Source of the DNA: Glycera tridactyla
Lineage: Eukaryota
Assembly (NCBI GenBank): GCA_965644265.1
Contig: OZ286476.1
Location: 54,622,001 to 54,686,000 of the forward strand
Reading direction: 5' to 3'
DNA: 64,000 nucleotides
In this document: in pieces, positions 62,704 through 64,000 of the stretch
Numbering within the stretch: the stretch's first letter is position 1
Layout of the letters: every line of letters starts with the position of its first letter
The notes under the pieces: generated by a model
The model's input: only the letters and a program-made list of their open reading frames with translations
Told to the model about the DNA's origin: nothing
The model's database searches: none
Position numbers and translations under genes: made by a program

Positions 62704-63393
62704 CGGGACACACCAAACTCAACAAGGATGCATTTTATTGCATTTCCTGATGAATGCCAGCCATAGATGGGGTCTCCCAAAGAGCCTGGTTGGTTTTGGG
62801 GTGAAAATTGGTTTTCCAGAAATGGATTTTTCTAAAGATGGTGGCTGTTCGTAGGCACTCCAAACTTGGCATGGATGCAATTCATAGCATTCCCTAATGA
62901 ATGCCAGCCATAGATGGGGTCTCCCAAAAGGCCTGGTTGGTTTTGGGGTGAAAATTGTTTTTTTCAGAAATGGATTTTTCTAAAGATGGTGGCTGTTCAT
63001 AGCCACACCAAACTTGGCGTGGGTGCAAATCATAGCATTCCCTAGTGAATGCCAGCCATAGATGGGGTCTCCCAGAGGGCCTGGTCGGTTTTGGGGTGAA
63101 AATTGATTTTTCAGAAATGGGTTCTTCTAAAGATGGTGGCTGTTCATAGCCACACCAAACATGGCGTGGATGCAAATCATAGCATTCCTTAGTGAATGCC
63201 AGCCATAGATGGGGTCTCCCAGAAGGCCTGGTCGGTTTTGGGGTGAAAACTGGTTTTTCAGAAATGGGTTCTTCTAAAGATGGTGGCTGTTCATAGCCAC
63301 ACCAAACATGGCGTGGATGCAATTCATAGCATTCCCTGATGAATGCCAGCCATAGATGGGGTCTCCCAATAGGCCTGGTTGGTTTTGGGGTGA
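62704..63393. repeat. 147-bp tandem repeat, ~5 copies
   Basis: Anchor at 62760, 62907, 63055, 63202 and 63349. Same leader as the first array. Confidence 0.95.
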
Positions 63394-64000
63394 GGGTGGG
63401 GGCTGATGTGTCCCCTTTCGACAAGCGGCGTGCATGCGAGCCTTTTGTGCATTTATGCCTTGTTTGATTTTACATGCATTTTTGGGCATATTTTGGCACA
63501 TTCACTATGTCTTAATTGTGAAACAGTCCCCTGAATTGACAACACCTTTTTCATCTTTGCTCTCATTAATAGGTCAGCTCCTCCATAAGTGAGCAATTGC
63601 TAGATGATGAAATCGACCAGGTGTAACATAATACAGGGAAGAACAACAGAACCCCTTGTCAGTTACCGCATTTCCATCAGGATACCACTTTCTCAGGGCA
63701 GCTCTCTATCTGACAAGATCAAAAGCATCTCTGATGAGGAACCACTTATTCTGAAGGAACACATTTTGGTCGCTGCATGTCGACAATTTCAGAGTGCAGA
63801 TATAGAGGAAACTTGAGGTGATCTATCCATCATAAAAATATGTTCGTGATGGAGGAAAAGGTTACGTGAGAAGACAAATGGTATCATTCACAGTAAAACC
63901 TGCCTACAGCGAAAAGTCAAGGGCCAAAACTTTCATTTCCCTGAGACAGGATTTCACTGTGGAGAGGATTTTCGCTGAATTTTCATGTGGGCGATAATAG

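Noticed and set aside
61649-63424. 147- and 176-aa minus-strand ORFs with 49-aa repeats
   Set aside because: A by-product of the 147-bp (3x49) period. A 148-bp unit and stops break frames, and no domain is recognisable.

Overview
Repeat-dense eukaryotic (animal) DNA, probably intronic or intergenic, with one 140-nt N gap. The repeat types suggest an invertebrate, but the species cannot be determined. There is no prokaryotic operon, rRNA, bona fide tRNA or CRISPR array, and no host protein-coding gene could be identified with confidence. Contents: (1) At least six APE+RT non-LTR retrotransposon copies or fragments of the CR1/L2 group, one with an uninterrupted ~970-aa ORF2 (13474-16413, minus strand), plus an orphan ORF1 pseudogene. 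(2) About 20 TA-flanked CAGT(G/C)(A/G)AACCT MITEs. (3) Larger non-autonomous TIR elements with readable target-site duplications: a 2.05-kb GGG...CCC element with a 4-bp TSD that splits a LINE, and a 3.9-kb CAGGGTTCCCACAG element with a 6-bp TSD. (4) Three nested insertions whose empty sites are present in paralogous repeats in the same window. (5) Tandem arrays of 24, 35, 48, 66, 147 and ~366 bp, two with alternating higher-order structure. (6) A recent triplication of a 1.6-2.0 kb block. I found no convincing new biological system. The most notable items are the unusual-TSD DNA transposons, a covarying hairpin motif upstream of a LINE ORF2, a fused inverted LINE pair and the triplication. 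All alignments and identities are by eye.
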